From Bdellovibrionota bacterium (lineage in GTDB: Bacteria; Bdellovibrionota_C; UBA2361; CAKMMH01): DNA of 49,692 nt. Location: assembly GCA_050952645.1 (NCBI GenBank), contig JBMNLI010000011.1, positions 1-49,692 on the forward strand, in the 5' to 3' direction. The translations under genes and the position numbers were made by a program. Of the stretch, positions 20,568 to 30,554 are shown in pieces. The notes below the pieces were generated by a model, which saw nothing but the letters and a program-made list of their open reading frames with translations, searched no databases and was not told the origin of the DNA. Positions within the stretch are counted from its first letter, which is position 1, and each line of letters begins with the position of its first letter.

Positions 20568-21764
20568 CTAAATGTCCTGTAAAGATCTAGAGAACGATAC
20601 ATTTTTACTTTCAAGAACTGTGCCAAAATCTGTGTTAAAATCTGTGCCAAAATCTGTGCCAAAATTCGGGCGGATATTTGTCTTGGTTTCTTTTTCGATA
20701 TTTTCTTTTTCGATATTTTCTTTTCTAATATTTTCTTTTTTAATATTTTCTTTTTTAGTCGAATAAGTGATGTTTTTCTTTTTTATTTTTTCTACGAGTG
20801 TAGTTCTATTAAGTTTTAAAAGTTCTGCGGCTGCTTTTTTATTTCCTTTAGTTTTGTTTAGAGCACTTTTAATCAAGTTATCTTCGATATTTGAAATGTA
20901 GCTATTAAAGTCTAAACCTTCGTTAGGGATATCGTTTATTATATAATCGCTTTTTATTAAGTTTTGATTTTCTTTACTAAGAATATAACTTGGAAGATCC
21001 GTTATATCTATCTCATCATTATCTGCTAACACTACTAATCTTTCAGAAAGATTTTCAAGCTCCCTAACGTTTCCTGGCCAATTGTAGCAATTTAATGCTT
21101 TTATTGCGTTTTCTTTTATTTTAATTTCTTTTGAAAATTTATCTGCAAAGTATGAAACGAAGTATTCTGCTAAAAGTGAAATATCGTTATTTCTTTCTCT
21201 AAGTGCTGGAAGTTCGATAGGTACGACTTGCAATCTGTAGTAAAGATCCTCTCTAAATCTTCCTTCTTTTACTAATTCTTTTAAATCTTGGTTTGTTGCG
21301 GCTACTACTCTTATGTTTACGTCGATAGATTTTGTTGAACCAACGGGGTCTACCTTTCCATCTTGGAGTACACGTAAGAGTTTAGCTTGAAGTTTAGGAC
21401 TCATTTCTCCTATTTCATCTAAGAATATGGTTCCATTATTTGCAAGTTCAAAGCGACCTAGTTTATTAGAGATTGCACCTGTGAAGGCTCCTTTTTCATG
21501 ACCGAAAAGTTCGCTTTCTAAAATTTCCTCAGGTATAGCGGCGCAGTTTACGGGAACTAATCTTCCAGTTCTTTTGCTTAATGTGTGAATTGCTTTTGCT
21601 ATAAGTTCTTTTCCAGTTCCGCTTTCACCTAAAATTAAAATTGTAGTATCTGTTTTTGATACTTTTTCTATTACTTTGAAAATATCCTGCATTTCTTTGC
21701 AATTGCTAATAATCCCCTCGAAGTTTTGAAAGTTTTTGAGCAAGTTAAAATCCTTTAACGTCAT
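20568..21764 (-). CDS. Sigma54 enhancer-binding protein without N-terminal regulatory domain (FleQ/FlrA-like)
   Basis: GESGTGKE, GAFTGA, HTH recognition helix RTTLVEK as in FleQ; repetitive C-terminal tail. Confidence 0.85.
   Translation of the reverse strand: MTLKDFNLLKNFQNFEGIISNCKEMQDIFKVIEKVSKTDTTILILGESGTGKELIAKAIHTLSKRTGRLVPVNCAAIPEEILESELFGHEKGAFTGAISNKLGRFELANNGTIFLDEIGEMSPKLQAKLLRVLQDGKVDPVGSTKSIDVNIRVVAATNQDLKELVKEGRFREDLYYRLQVVPIELPALRERNNDISLLAEYFVSYFADKFSKEIKIKENAIKALNCYNWPGNVRELENLSERLVVLADNDEIDITDLPSYILSKENQNLIKSDYIINDIPNEGLDFNSYISNIEDNLIKSALNKTKGNKKAAAELLKLNRTTLVEKIKKKNITYSTKKENIKKENIRKENIEKENIEKETKTNIRPNFGTDFGTDFNTDFGTVLESKNVSFSRSLQDI
20610..20625 (-). promoter_or_regulatory. 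Putative sigma54 -24/-12 promoter for the TPR-kinase-regulator genes
   Basis: TGGCAC-AGTTC-TTGAA about 50 bp upstream of the TPR start. Confidence 0.6.
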
Positions 21765-22011
21765 ATTTAAAACCCTTTTTTTTTAAATTACATAATGTAA
21801 AACTATAATCTAAAATTATAATACAAAACTATAATGTAAAAATTTTGACTGTAGTTCTAGCAAAATAGATTGCTAGGAAAAAACATATTATGTTTTTAAC
21901 GCACTAGTTTTTTAAGCTTTTTTTAAGCTTTTATAATATCTATTTTGTAGCACATCTATATATATTAAGAGTAAAAATCGACAAAAAGGTTGCTTGAATG
22001 CTAAGATAAAA

Positions 22012-22025
22012 GTCTAAAAATTGAC
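22012..22025. promoter_or_regulatory. FleQ-box-like site (second copy at 21836-21849)
   Basis: GTCTAAAAATTGAC and GTAAAAATTTTGAC compared with the FleQ consensus GTCAaTAAAtTGAC. Confidence 0.45.
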
Positions 22026-22205
22026 GGTATTTACAAATTTATTACAAATAGAGTGGCAATTTATAGAGAAACTTGGGCTGAAAGTCTAATACGACGAAAA
22101 AAAGAAAAAATAAAGTTTATACTGCAACTTCCAAAAAGAAGAACTAACGGTTAAAAAACACTAACAAACAAATGTTTAAGACATTCTAAAAACATCCCAA
22201 TGAGT

Positions 22206-22235
22206 GCTAGCTCTTTTTAAAAAAAAGGAGCTAGC
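22206..22235 (-). terminator. Hairpin downstream of argS
   Basis: GCTAGCTCTTTTT / AAAAGGAGCTAGC inverted repeat. Confidence 0.55.
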
Positions 22236-22268
22236 GTCTATTTTTATTACTTTTTAAATCCTACATTC

Positions 22269-23990
22269 CTACATTCTCTCTATTATAGGAACTCCTATTA
22301 AGTATAAGCCTTGTTTTAATATAGTTCTAGTAGCTATAAATAATGATAAATTAGTTTTTGCTATATCAATTTCTTCGCCTAAAATTCTATGAGTTCTATA
22401 AACTTTTGAAAACGCTTTTGAAACTTCTAATACATAATTAGCAATAACAGATGGCTCATAACTTTCACTAGCCTTTAACACGATTTCATTAAATTTTGAA
22501 AGAAGCGAAATTAAATAAAAACTCTCATCATCTTCAAAATTTTCTGATACTAAAGAAAAATCATTATCACATTCTATCCCCTCTTCATTAGCTTTACTTA
22601 TCACCGAATTTAACCTTGCTACGGCGTATTGTAGGTAAGGGCCACTATCTCCTTGAAAAGTTAAAACCTCTTTCCAACTAAAATGTAAATCTTTAAGATT
22701 AGTAGTAGATAAAAAATAAAAAAAGCTTGCTCCAATAGAAACTTTCTCTGCAATCTCTTGCTCGTCTACCCCGTCTAGTTTAACACCTACTTCATTTCTA
22801 TATACCTCTAATGCACGCTTATGCGATTCGTTTAAATACTCGCTAAGAGAAATAGCCCCTCCCTCCCTAGTCTTCATGCCTGGAACAAAACCAAAACCTA
22901 TGTGCTTTATTTTCTTAGCAGTCTTATGTGCAAACTTTTCAAGCACTCCGACTAATTGCTTAAAGTGAAGACTTTGTTGCATCGCTACTACGTATAATAT
23001 TTGCTCAGGATTATATACCCTATCCCTATAAAGAGCGGCCGCTATATCCCGAGCCAAATATAAAGATCTTCCATCTGGAGAAAAAATACGCGCAAACCCT
23101 AACTCTTCTCCTAAATCTACCCCGAGAGCCCCTAAAGATTCCTCTAAAACATTACTCTCCCTTAACTTATCTTCTACATCTTTTATTTTATCATTAAAAA
23201 AAGCCTCTCCATCATGACTATCAAACTCTAAACCAAACCTTTTTTCAACTTCTAAAATATATTTTAACGAGCCTTCCTTACACCAAACCCAAAAATCTAA
23301 CGCCTCTTTTTCTCCTGCTTCTAATCTCAAAAAATAATCTCTAGCAATCTCATTTACAATAGGCTTTGTAGCATCCTCTTTAGAAACTTTATTTTCATCT
23401 TGCATTTTTCTTAGCCTACTAGCTTTAACGTAAACATCTACTAGCTTATCGATATCTGCACTATCTGGCTTTCCCCAAATCTTACAACCAGCATAAACGA
23501 AACCAAACTGAGTTCCCCAATCTCCTAAATAATTTATCGCCGTGACGTTATAACCTAAATGCTTAAATATTCTTTGAAGAGAATGACCGATAAATGTAGT
23601 TCTTAAATGCCCGACGTGTATTTCTTTTGCTATATTGTATGAAGCATAATCTATAACTATATTCTTACCATTACTTTCACGCTTACCGTAATTTTCAGGG
23701 TCAGATAAAATATCTTTTAACACATTTTTAGAAAACTCTTTCCTATTTAAGAAAAAATTTAAATAAGCATTTACAGCTTTAGCTTTCTTAAATTCTTTTG
23801 GTAAAATTATTTTCTCTCTTAGCTCTGTCGCACAATCGCTAGGAGATTTCTTAAACGTTTTAGCAAGAATAAAGCATGGGAACGCTAAATCTCCATTTTT
23901 AAAATCCTTTGGCACTACTAAATTTTTATCTATTAACTCTCTATCTAAATTAGTAGCCTCTTTTATGCTATCTATTAGCTTTTCTCTCAT
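22269..23990 (-). CDS. argS: Arginine--tRNA ligase
   Basis: GDLAFPCF, HVGHLR, NYLGDWGTQFG, MKTREG and GDSGPYLQY. Confidence 0.96.
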   Translation of the reverse strand: MREKLIDSIKEATNLDRELIDKNLVVPKDFKNGDLAFPCFILAKTFKKSPSDCATELREKIILPKEFKKAKAVNAYLNFFLNRKEFSKNVLKDILSDPENYGKRESNGKNIVIDYASYNIAKEIHVGHLRTTFIGHSLQRIFKHLGYNVTAINYLGDWGTQFGFVYAGCKIWGKPDSADIDKLVDVYVKASRLRKMQDENKVSKEDATKPIVNEIARDYFLRLEAGEKEALDFWVWCKEGSLKYILEVEKRFGLEFDSHDGEAFFNDKIKDVEDKLRESNVLEESLGALGVDLGEELGFARIFSPDGRSLYLARDIAAALYRDRVYNPEQILYVVAMQQSLHFKQLVGVLEKFAHKTAKKIKHIGFGFVPGMKTREGGAISLSEYLNESHKRALEVYRNEVGVKLDGVDEQEIAEKVSIGASFFYFLSTTNLKDLHFSWKEVLTFQGDSGPYLQYAVARLNSVISKANEEGIECDNDFSLVSENFEDDESFYLISLLSKFNEIVLKASESYEPSVIANYVLEVSKAFSKVYRTHRILGEEIDIAKTNLSLFIATRTILKQGLYLIGVPIIERM

Positions 23991-24037
23991 TTTATAAGCT
24001 CTCCTTATAAATTCTTAAATTTTAATTCTTAAAAAAT

Positions 24038-25198
24038 TTATAAATTCTCTAAATTTTGTTTTGCTTCTTTGTTATTACTATCGATAGATAAAGCTTTGTC
24101 AAAATTACTCTTAGCTTCATCAAACCTTATAAGTCTCTTATAAAGCACTCCTAAATTATTATACGTTTCGGCGCAAAGTGGATTTATTTTTAAGGCTTTT
24201 TTAAAATGCGCCTCTGCCTCGGAGTATTTTCCTAGCTCCATTAAAGCTACACCTAAAAGTGAATAATAATTATAGTCCGCCCCGAGCAAGCTTTTCTTTT
24301 CAAGCAAAACCTCCATCGCTCTTTCAGGATGATTAGACTTTAAGAAACTAGTAGCTAACGCTTTTGCAAAAACGGTATTATTTTTATCTAACTCGCTAGC
24401 CCGTAATAAATTAAGAATAGCTTTTTCATCATTGTTTTCTTTCTCATAAATTTTAGAAAGAATAAAGTAGCATTCAGCATCATTTTGATTTATCGATACG
24501 CAGGAACGTAAATAATTTTTAGCCTCACTTAAATTATTTTCCTTATAATTTATAATCCCTAATCTTTTATAAGGCTTAAAAAACATTTCATTATTTAAAA
24601 TCGCTTTTTTATAATACTCTTTTGCTAAAGATGTGTCTTTATTATATTCATAAAGCTTAGCTAAATTATATAATACCATCTCATCGGTATCATCGATTTT
24701 TAACGCTTCTTTTAAAACATTTATTGCACCATCTATATCACCATTTTTAGCATGACATATAGCAATACCTAGTCTTGCTTTTATATTATTTGAAGATATT
24801 ATAACGGCTTCTCTATACGCTCTTTCTGCTTTCTCACAATCGTTTTTTTCAGCATAGGCTTTTCCTAAAGCGACTAAGAACAGACTACTTTTTTTTATCT
24901 TTAAGGCTTCTTTAAAATTTCTTATAGCATTATCGAAATCTTTCTTTTCAAAATAGTAAACACCTAAATTATAGTAAGCTTCTTTTAAAGTTGGGCATAA
25001 TTTAATGGCATTCGTGTACAAATCTTTTACAGCATCATCTTCAGAAATTTGCGCTTGTTTTAATAACTCTACTGCACGAGGGCAATCTTTAGAAAATAAG
25101 TTTTTAGGTAATAAAAATAATACGAATATTAAAAACAATATTAAAAACGAAGATAAATTTAATAAATTTTTTATAGTTAGAATAATTTTTTTTTTCAT
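24038..25198 (-). CDS. TPR-repeat protein, membrane-anchored or exported
   Basis: N-terminal hydrophobic stretch and many TPR motifs (AYYNLG, YNNLG). Confidence 0.88.
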   Translation of the reverse strand: MKKKIILTIKNLLNLSSFLILFLIFVLFLLPKNLFSKDCPRAVELLKQAQISEDDAVKDLYTNAIKLCPTLKEAYYNLGVYYFEKKDFDNAIRNFKEALKIKKSSLFLVALGKAYAEKNDCEKAERAYREAVIISSNNIKARLGIAICHAKNGDIDGAINVLKEALKIDDTDEMVLYNLAKLYEYNKDTSLAKEYYKKAILNNEMFFKPYKRLGIINYKENNLSEAKNYLRSCVSINQNDAECYFILSKIYEKENNDEKAILNLLRASELDKNNTVFAKALATSFLKSNHPERAMEVLLEKKSLLGADYNYYSLLGVALMELGKYSEAEAHFKKALKINPLCAETYNNLGVLYKRLIRFDEAKSNFDKALSIDSNNKEAKQNLENL

Positions 25199-25203
25199 AA
25201 TAT

Positions 25204-26406
25204 CTATAACTTTGCCAAACCCTCAATCACTTTCTCTAGGATATTTATCGGTCTAACTAATGCAAAGCGCATATGATCTTTAGAAGATTGGCTATATTGC
25301 TCCCCTGGAGTGATGCAAATATTTACCTTGTTTAAAATTTGACATGCACTTTCATACGAGTTTCCAATTCTTAAGTGTTGCGGAAGTTTCGCCCAAACAC
25401 AAGCTCCAGTATTTGGCTTTTTTACTTCCCAACCTAATTTTTGAAGTTCGGTGCAAAAATAAGTTAATCTTTCATTATAAGTTTCTAAAGTATCTTTTAA
25501 TAAATCTTGCGTAGATGTTAGCACCGAGGTAGCGGCCGATTGGATAGCAAGAAATAATCCATAATCTAAATACGATTTAATATTAGAAATTTTACTTATA
25601 ATATCCTTATTTCCCATTATCGCCCCTACTCTCCACCCAGGAACATTATAGGCTTTAGAAAACGTGTAAGACTCGACCGCATAATTTTTAAATCCATCGA
25701 TAGATAAAATGCTAGGACATTTTGCATTATTATAAAGCATCTCTCCGTAAGCATAATCATTATATACTACAATATTTTTATCTTTAATTATATAATACAA
25801 GCCTTGATAAAATTCCTTAGAAACCACTCGCCCAGTAGGATTATTCGGAAAATTTAAAAAAATTATACTTATTTTTTCTCTATCGATAATGCTAGAAATT
25901 TCTTGTTGCATCGTCTCTTCGTTTCCTTGATTATAAAAGCAAGGGATTAGTCCTGCAATGCGAACTGCCGATAAATGCGCTGGGTAAACTGGGTCTGGGA
26001 GTAAGGCTTTTTGCCCCTTCTCAAAGTTTGATATCAAGAGAGAAGAAACGGCATCTTTTGAAGCCATAGTTACGCACACCTCACTTGCAGGGTCTAAAAT
26101 AGCATCAAAACTATTTTTATACTTATATGAAAAAGCTTGTCTTAATTTAAAAACTCCACGAGAGACTGCATAGCGATGATTCTCTTTTTTCATCGATGCC
26201 TCTAAAAGTTTATCTAAAAGGAAAATATGCGGAGGTAAATCTGGATTTATCATCGACAAATCATAGATTTGTTCATGATTATAAATTTTATTAGATTTTA
26301 ATTTTAAAAATTCCGAATACGTCGTATCGGTAAGCCAATCTTTAGTATTTCCTTTATTTTCATAATCTTCCTGTAATCTACAATATGCATTTTTAAGCGA
26401 ATTCAT
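25204..26406 (-). CDS. PLP-dependent aminotransferase class I/II (AlaC / LL-DAP aminotransferase-like)
   Basis: NFPNNPTG, DYAY and FSKAYNVPGWRVG. Confidence 0.9.
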   Translation of the reverse strand: MNSLKNAYCRLQEDYENKGNTKDWLTDTTYSEFLKLKSNKIYNHEQIYDLSMINPDLPPHIFLLDKLLEASMKKENHRYAVSRGVFKLRQAFSYKYKNSFDAILDPASEVCVTMASKDAVSSLLISNFEKGQKALLPDPVYPAHLSAVRIAGLIPCFYNQGNEETMQQEISSIIDREKISIIFLNFPNNPTGRVVSKEFYQGLYYIIKDKNIVVYNDYAYGEMLYNNAKCPSILSIDGFKNYAVESYTFSKAYNVPGWRVGAIMGNKDIISKISNIKSYLDYGLFLAIQSAATSVLTSTQDLLKDTLETYNERLTYFCTELQKLGWEVKKPNTGACVWAKLPQHLRIGNSYESACQILNKVNICITPGEQYSQSSKDHMRFALVRPINILEKVIEGLAKL

Positions 26407-26865
26407 TAATTTCTACCTGATAAAAACTAAAGTTCTTTTCAAATAAATCGTGTTTATAGATGAAACATACTAGAAAAAACTAAGCGTTTTAATAAAAGCT
26501 ATAAACAAAAATCATTAGTATTTAAACATAAATATTTTATAAATAAATATTTTATAGTATACTCTCGCTAAAAAAAGGATTTATCGTAAAAGAACCTACG
26601 TATACACAACACCTATAGAATGATTATAAATAAGAATACAAAAAATAACAGCCTAAAATCGATATATTTTATAAGGTTTCTACGTAATAATTATTTTTTT
26701 AGCTTTATTTTCGCCTTAAAGACGCCTTAAAGACACTGCAAAGACACTGCAAAGACGCCGTAAATTACAAGTAGCATTATAAATTAAGTAGCACTATAAA
26801 TTAAGTAGCACTATAAAATGCCAAAGAAAATTTATTTTATGAAAATTTTTAAGAACTAATAAAAA

Positions 26866-27255
26866 CTAAAATATTAGTGCATCTTTAGGGACTATAGTTT
26901 CTACTATTTGCATACCAAAATAAGGAGACTCACCAAACCTTAAATCTCTCATAAGCTCCGAAGCCTCGATAGTTTCAACTGCTACCCATTCGAGAACGGC
27001 CTCACCTCTTACATCTTGTCCGCCAATTCTTATTGGCACTAAATAAGTTTCTCCTGAGACTGCCTCAGTAGGCAAAACTAGTCTTACTATGTCAACTGGA
27101 ATTTTTTTATGAGCTGCCGTTCTTTCTGCAATAGATTTAAGCGAATCTTTCTCTTGAGAAATAACCCATTGATTTTTGCCAGCAGTAGGGACTGCATAAA
27201 AATGTTTTCCATACATTATATCTCGCTCTAAATCTCTTAACCAATCAATTGACAT
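26866..27255 (-). CDS. Hypothetical protein
   Basis: 129 aa ORF with AGGA RBS and protein-like composition. Confidence 0.7.
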   Translation of the reverse strand: MSIDWLRDLERDIMYGKHFYAVPTAGKNQWVISQEKDSLKSIAERTAAHKKIPVDIVRLVLPTEAVSGETYLVPIRIGGQDVRGEAVLEWVAVETIEASELMRDLRFGESPYFGMQIVETIVPKDALIF

Positions 27256-27342
27256 CTTTTTATTCCTATAAAAAACTTAAAATTTAAAAATTTAATGGAG
27301 TAAAAAAATTTACTCTCATTTTTTTTGATATGAAAAAATTAT

Positions 27343-27648
27343 TTAAATTTTCATATTTTGCGCATCATCTATATCTGCATTCAACCTATCTTTTAATTCT
27401 TTTCCGACTTTAAAAAAAGGTAATTTCTTAGATGATATATGAATATTTTCACCCGTTTTAGGATTTCTTGCCATACGTGCGCTATATTCTCTAACTGTAA
27501 AACTGCCAAAACCTCTAATTTCAATTCTTCCACTATTTACAAGAGTATCTTTCATTTTTTTATAAATAATATTTACGACCTCTTCAGCTTGAAAAGTATT
27601 AATGCCAGATTTTATTGCTAACCTCTCTATTAGTTCAGATTTATTCAT
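27343..27648 (-). CDS. ihfB: Integration host factor subunit beta
   Basis: MNKSELIE, RIEIRGFGSF, ARNPKTGE and PFFKVGKELKDR. Confidence 0.85.
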   Translation of the reverse strand: MNKSELIERLAIKSGINTFQAEEVVNIIYKKMKDTLVNSGRIEIRGFGSFTVREYSARMARNPKTGENIHISSKKLPFFKVGKELKDRLNADIDDAQNMKI

Positions 27649-27947
27649 ATTAAAAACCCCTAAAAAATGAAGCTTCTTTAAACTTCACTATTTTTTTATT
27701 TTATTTAAATACTACTAACTAACACTATCTACATAATTTAGAAATTATATTTAATAATTATATTTAATAATATGTAAAATACTATGTAAAATATTACATC
27801 AAAATATTATATTTAAAAACTATGTTTCAAATATAACGATGCTAAATATAAAGAAAAGTTTCTTATTTATTTTAAATTATTTCTAATAATTACAATAAAA
27901 ATTACAATAAAAAAAGACGCATTAAAATTTTAAACAATTTTTTAAAA

Positions 27948-28021
27948 TGCCCTCGACAAGAATCGAACTTGTGACACCAGGTTTAGGAAACCTGTGCTCT
28001 ATCCTACTGAGCTACGAGGGC
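27948..28021 (-). tRNA. tRNA-Arg (CCT), CCA not encoded
   Basis: Cloverleaf GCCCTCG...CGAGGGCA, anticodon arm CAGGT-TTCCTAA-ACCTG, T-loop GTTCGATTC. Confidence 0.95.
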
Positions 28022-28232
28022 GAAAAGTTTAAACACTGAAATTTTCGTTATAAGCTTAAGTATTTATAAACTTACTAATTGTAAACTTACGAAGTGTTTA
28101 GTATAATTGATAAAACTTAGTTGTCAATTAAAAATAAGTGATAACCATTCAAAATATCAAGCTAAAAAGGTTCTTCACGCATTTTAAGATAGTTAGAAAA
28201 AATTATTTTAAGTAAAGTAAAAAGTAAAAAAT

Positions 28233-29336
28233 ATGAGCAATGAGATTATTTTATCTAAAAAAAATGAAAAAACTTCGGGAACTTCTAACGACTCTAGAGT
28301 CGACACGAAACAACACGAGGTTTGGATAAGAATTTCTGCTTTTTTATCTTTAAAATCTCCTAATACTCAAAGAACTTATGTAGGAATCGTAAAAGAGTGG
28401 GTTAATTTTCTAGGAGGAGGTGTCGGAACAAATCTAGGTGCAGACTTAATGCTAAAGGCTACAGACCTGCATGCGATATCGTATAAACATTTTTTAGAAA
28501 ATAAAAAAGGACAAGCTCCAAGAGTTCAGACCTCTGAAAGCGTTCGTGATGTAAGCACGAAATTGCGTGTAAACGAGAAAAAACTAGGCACTTCTTACAA
28601 TTTAACGACGGCTACTATTGCTAAAAAATTTACTGCACTTAGGCGAATTTACAAAATGCTTATTTCAGCAAATCTTTGCACTTTAAATCCTTTTAACACA
28701 GACAAGGTTCCGATAAACTCTAAAAAATCGGGACAAAAACGCCCGACTGAAATGGTTGCATTCGATTTAGTAAAAAAACTTATAAATACGCCCGATGGAA
28801 ACACTCCACAGGGGTTAAGGGATAAACTTATTTTATCGCTACTTTTCGCAGGAGGACTTAGAAGAAGCGAGGTAGCGAATTTAATCATAGATGATATAAA
28901 AGAAAGCGAAGGGGGGACTTTTTACTTAAAACTTCGTGCCACAAAGTCGGGGGAGGATTTTGAGCAGGCACTTCCTTTATGGTGTTCAGGAACTCTTATA
29001 GAATATTTAGAGTTTAGAAAGAAAGAGGGGGCACTTTCTGGCGATAAGCTTTTTATGGGCTTTTCTGGAAAAAATCAAACTAAGTCTAACAATAAGCCTT
29101 TAACTACTAGTGGTATTTATAGGCTATTTAAAAACTACTGCAAGAAAGCAGAGATTAGTTCTGTTGTAAGCCCGCATTCTGCAAGAGCAACGGCTATTAC
29201 GAAACTTTTATCCGACGGGATTTCTCATAGAGAAGTGCAAGAGTTTTCTAGACACTCTAGCATTCAAATGGTTGAGGTTTACGACAAAAGACTTTTTGGT
29301 GTAGATAGAAACCCTGGAAAAAATTTAAAGTATTAA
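28233..29336 (+). CDS. Tyrosine recombinase/integrase (XerC/D-like)
   Basis: Catalytic residues in GLRRSE (R), TKSG (K), HSAR (H-x-x-R) and RHSS..VEVY (H, Y). Confidence 0.9.
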   Translation: MSNEIILSKKNEKTSGTSNDSRVDTKQHEVWIRISAFLSLKSPNTQRTYVGIVKEWVNFLGGGVGTNLGADLMLKATDLHAISYKHFLENKKGQAPRVQTSESVRDVSTKLRVNEKKLGTSYNLTTATIAKKFTALRRIYKMLISANLCTLNPFNTDKVPINSKKSGQKRPTEMVAFDLVKKLINTPDGNTPQGLRDKLILSLLFAGGLRRSEVANLIIDDIKESEGGTFYLKLRATKSGEDFEQALPLWCSGTLIEYLEFRKKEGALSGDKLFMGFSGKNQTKSNNKPLTTSGIYRLFKNYCKKAEISSVVSPHSARATAITKLLSDGISHREVQEFSRHSSIQMVEVYDKRLFGVDRNPGKNLKY

Positions 29337-29356
29337 ATAAATCTTAAAAATTATTT

Positions 29357-29475
29357 ACATAAATTATCAAAAATAGCATACGTAAATACGTATCTTTAAA
29401 AAAACGAAAGAATATAAATCTTAGGCTAAATTTTAGCTCTAAAAAACATAGCATACGTAAAACGAAAGAAAGTTT
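29357..29475. repeat. Dispersed structured repeat, copy 2 (copy 1 at 11327..11458)
   Basis: Same conserved blocks as copy 1. Confidence 0.85.
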
Positions 29476-29726
29476 AAGATAATTTTTAAAAATAGCAAAT
29501 GTAAAACAAGGGAAATTTAGATTTTAAGGCGATTAGAAAAGCTTCTTTTACTTTTATTAGCTTAAAAGAAAAATAAAATAAAAAAATAGAAAAATTTAAA
29601 AGTAGGGGAAAGGATGCAGTTTTAACCATATTTTTTTATTTTTTTTGAAAAAAACCTTGCCCCACTTTTTATTATTTTTTATCACCTAGCGCTTAAAATC
29701 GCTTAAAATCGCTAAGAGGAAAAAAA

Positions 29727-30554
29727 CTACTCAGGGAACTTTAAATAGACGGGAACTATATTTACCTCGCTATGAACGGGTTTAGGGTTAAGAGTCGTCC
29801 AAGACGCCCAGCCGACGATCTCTCCTTTAAACTTTCCCCTCATATCTTTTTGAAGGTATAGAAAGCTTCCACCTTTTCCATTTTCTAGCGAAACTAAGTT
29901 AATTCCCCCACTGTCAGAAGTATACATAACTTCTGAAACGACTGGAGCAATCTTTGAAAGAAACACCTTATTTCCGTTCGTCCTAAAATCTGCAAATTTG
30001 CCGTTGATTTTAAGGCGAAGGCTAGCTTGCGTACCATCTAAAAGAGTGAGTGTTGTAAAACAATCGATGTAATTGTCCCACGTTTGAAGCTCACTTTTAG
30101 TTAATGGCTTCCAATTGCTAGGATAGCTCACATCACAAATAGCCCTTTCTTCATCGACGTCGAACGCATGTCCCGTGATGTAAGTTAAAGGACCAAAGCT
30201 TGCAACCTGCCAAACTTTTGGGTCCTTAGAAAGAGCTTCCCTACACTTACAAAGGTTTTCGCTTGCTCTTTCCAACCTAGAATCGACGGACTCACGAGGC
30301 ATCTTCCTTTTGTCAAGATATGTATCTCTTAAATACAAAGGAAGGACATAAAGTGCATCTCCTTTTTTAGTATACTCGCCTGCATACTTAGGGCCACTTT
30401 CTCCAATAAGGTTTCGAGAAGCGATAACAGGAACGCCTTCAACGCCATCATCGTTAGGCGTCTTCGCTTGAATGGTAGTAGCGTTTGCAAAAAACGACGT
30501 GAAAATTACTGCGATAGCAGCAATTGACAGGCAAACTCTAGTTGACATTTTCAT
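29727..30554 (-). CDS. Secreted hypothetical protein (paralog family member 1)
   Basis: Signal peptide ANA/T, GAGG RBS, C-terminal GEIVGWAS motif. Confidence 0.75.
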   Translation of the reverse strand: MKMSTRVCLSIAAIAVIFTSFFANATTIQAKTPNDDGVEGVPVIASRNLIGESGPKYAGEYTKKGDALYVLPLYLRDTYLDKRKMPRESVDSRLERASENLCKCREALSKDPKVWQVASFGPLTYITGHAFDVDEERAICDVSYPSNWKPLTKSELQTWDNYIDCFTTLTLLDGTQASLRLKINGKFADFRTNGNKVFLSKIAPVVSEVMYTSDSGGINLVSLENGKGGSFLYLQKDMRGKFKGEIVGWASWTTLNPKPVHSEVNIVPVYLKFPE

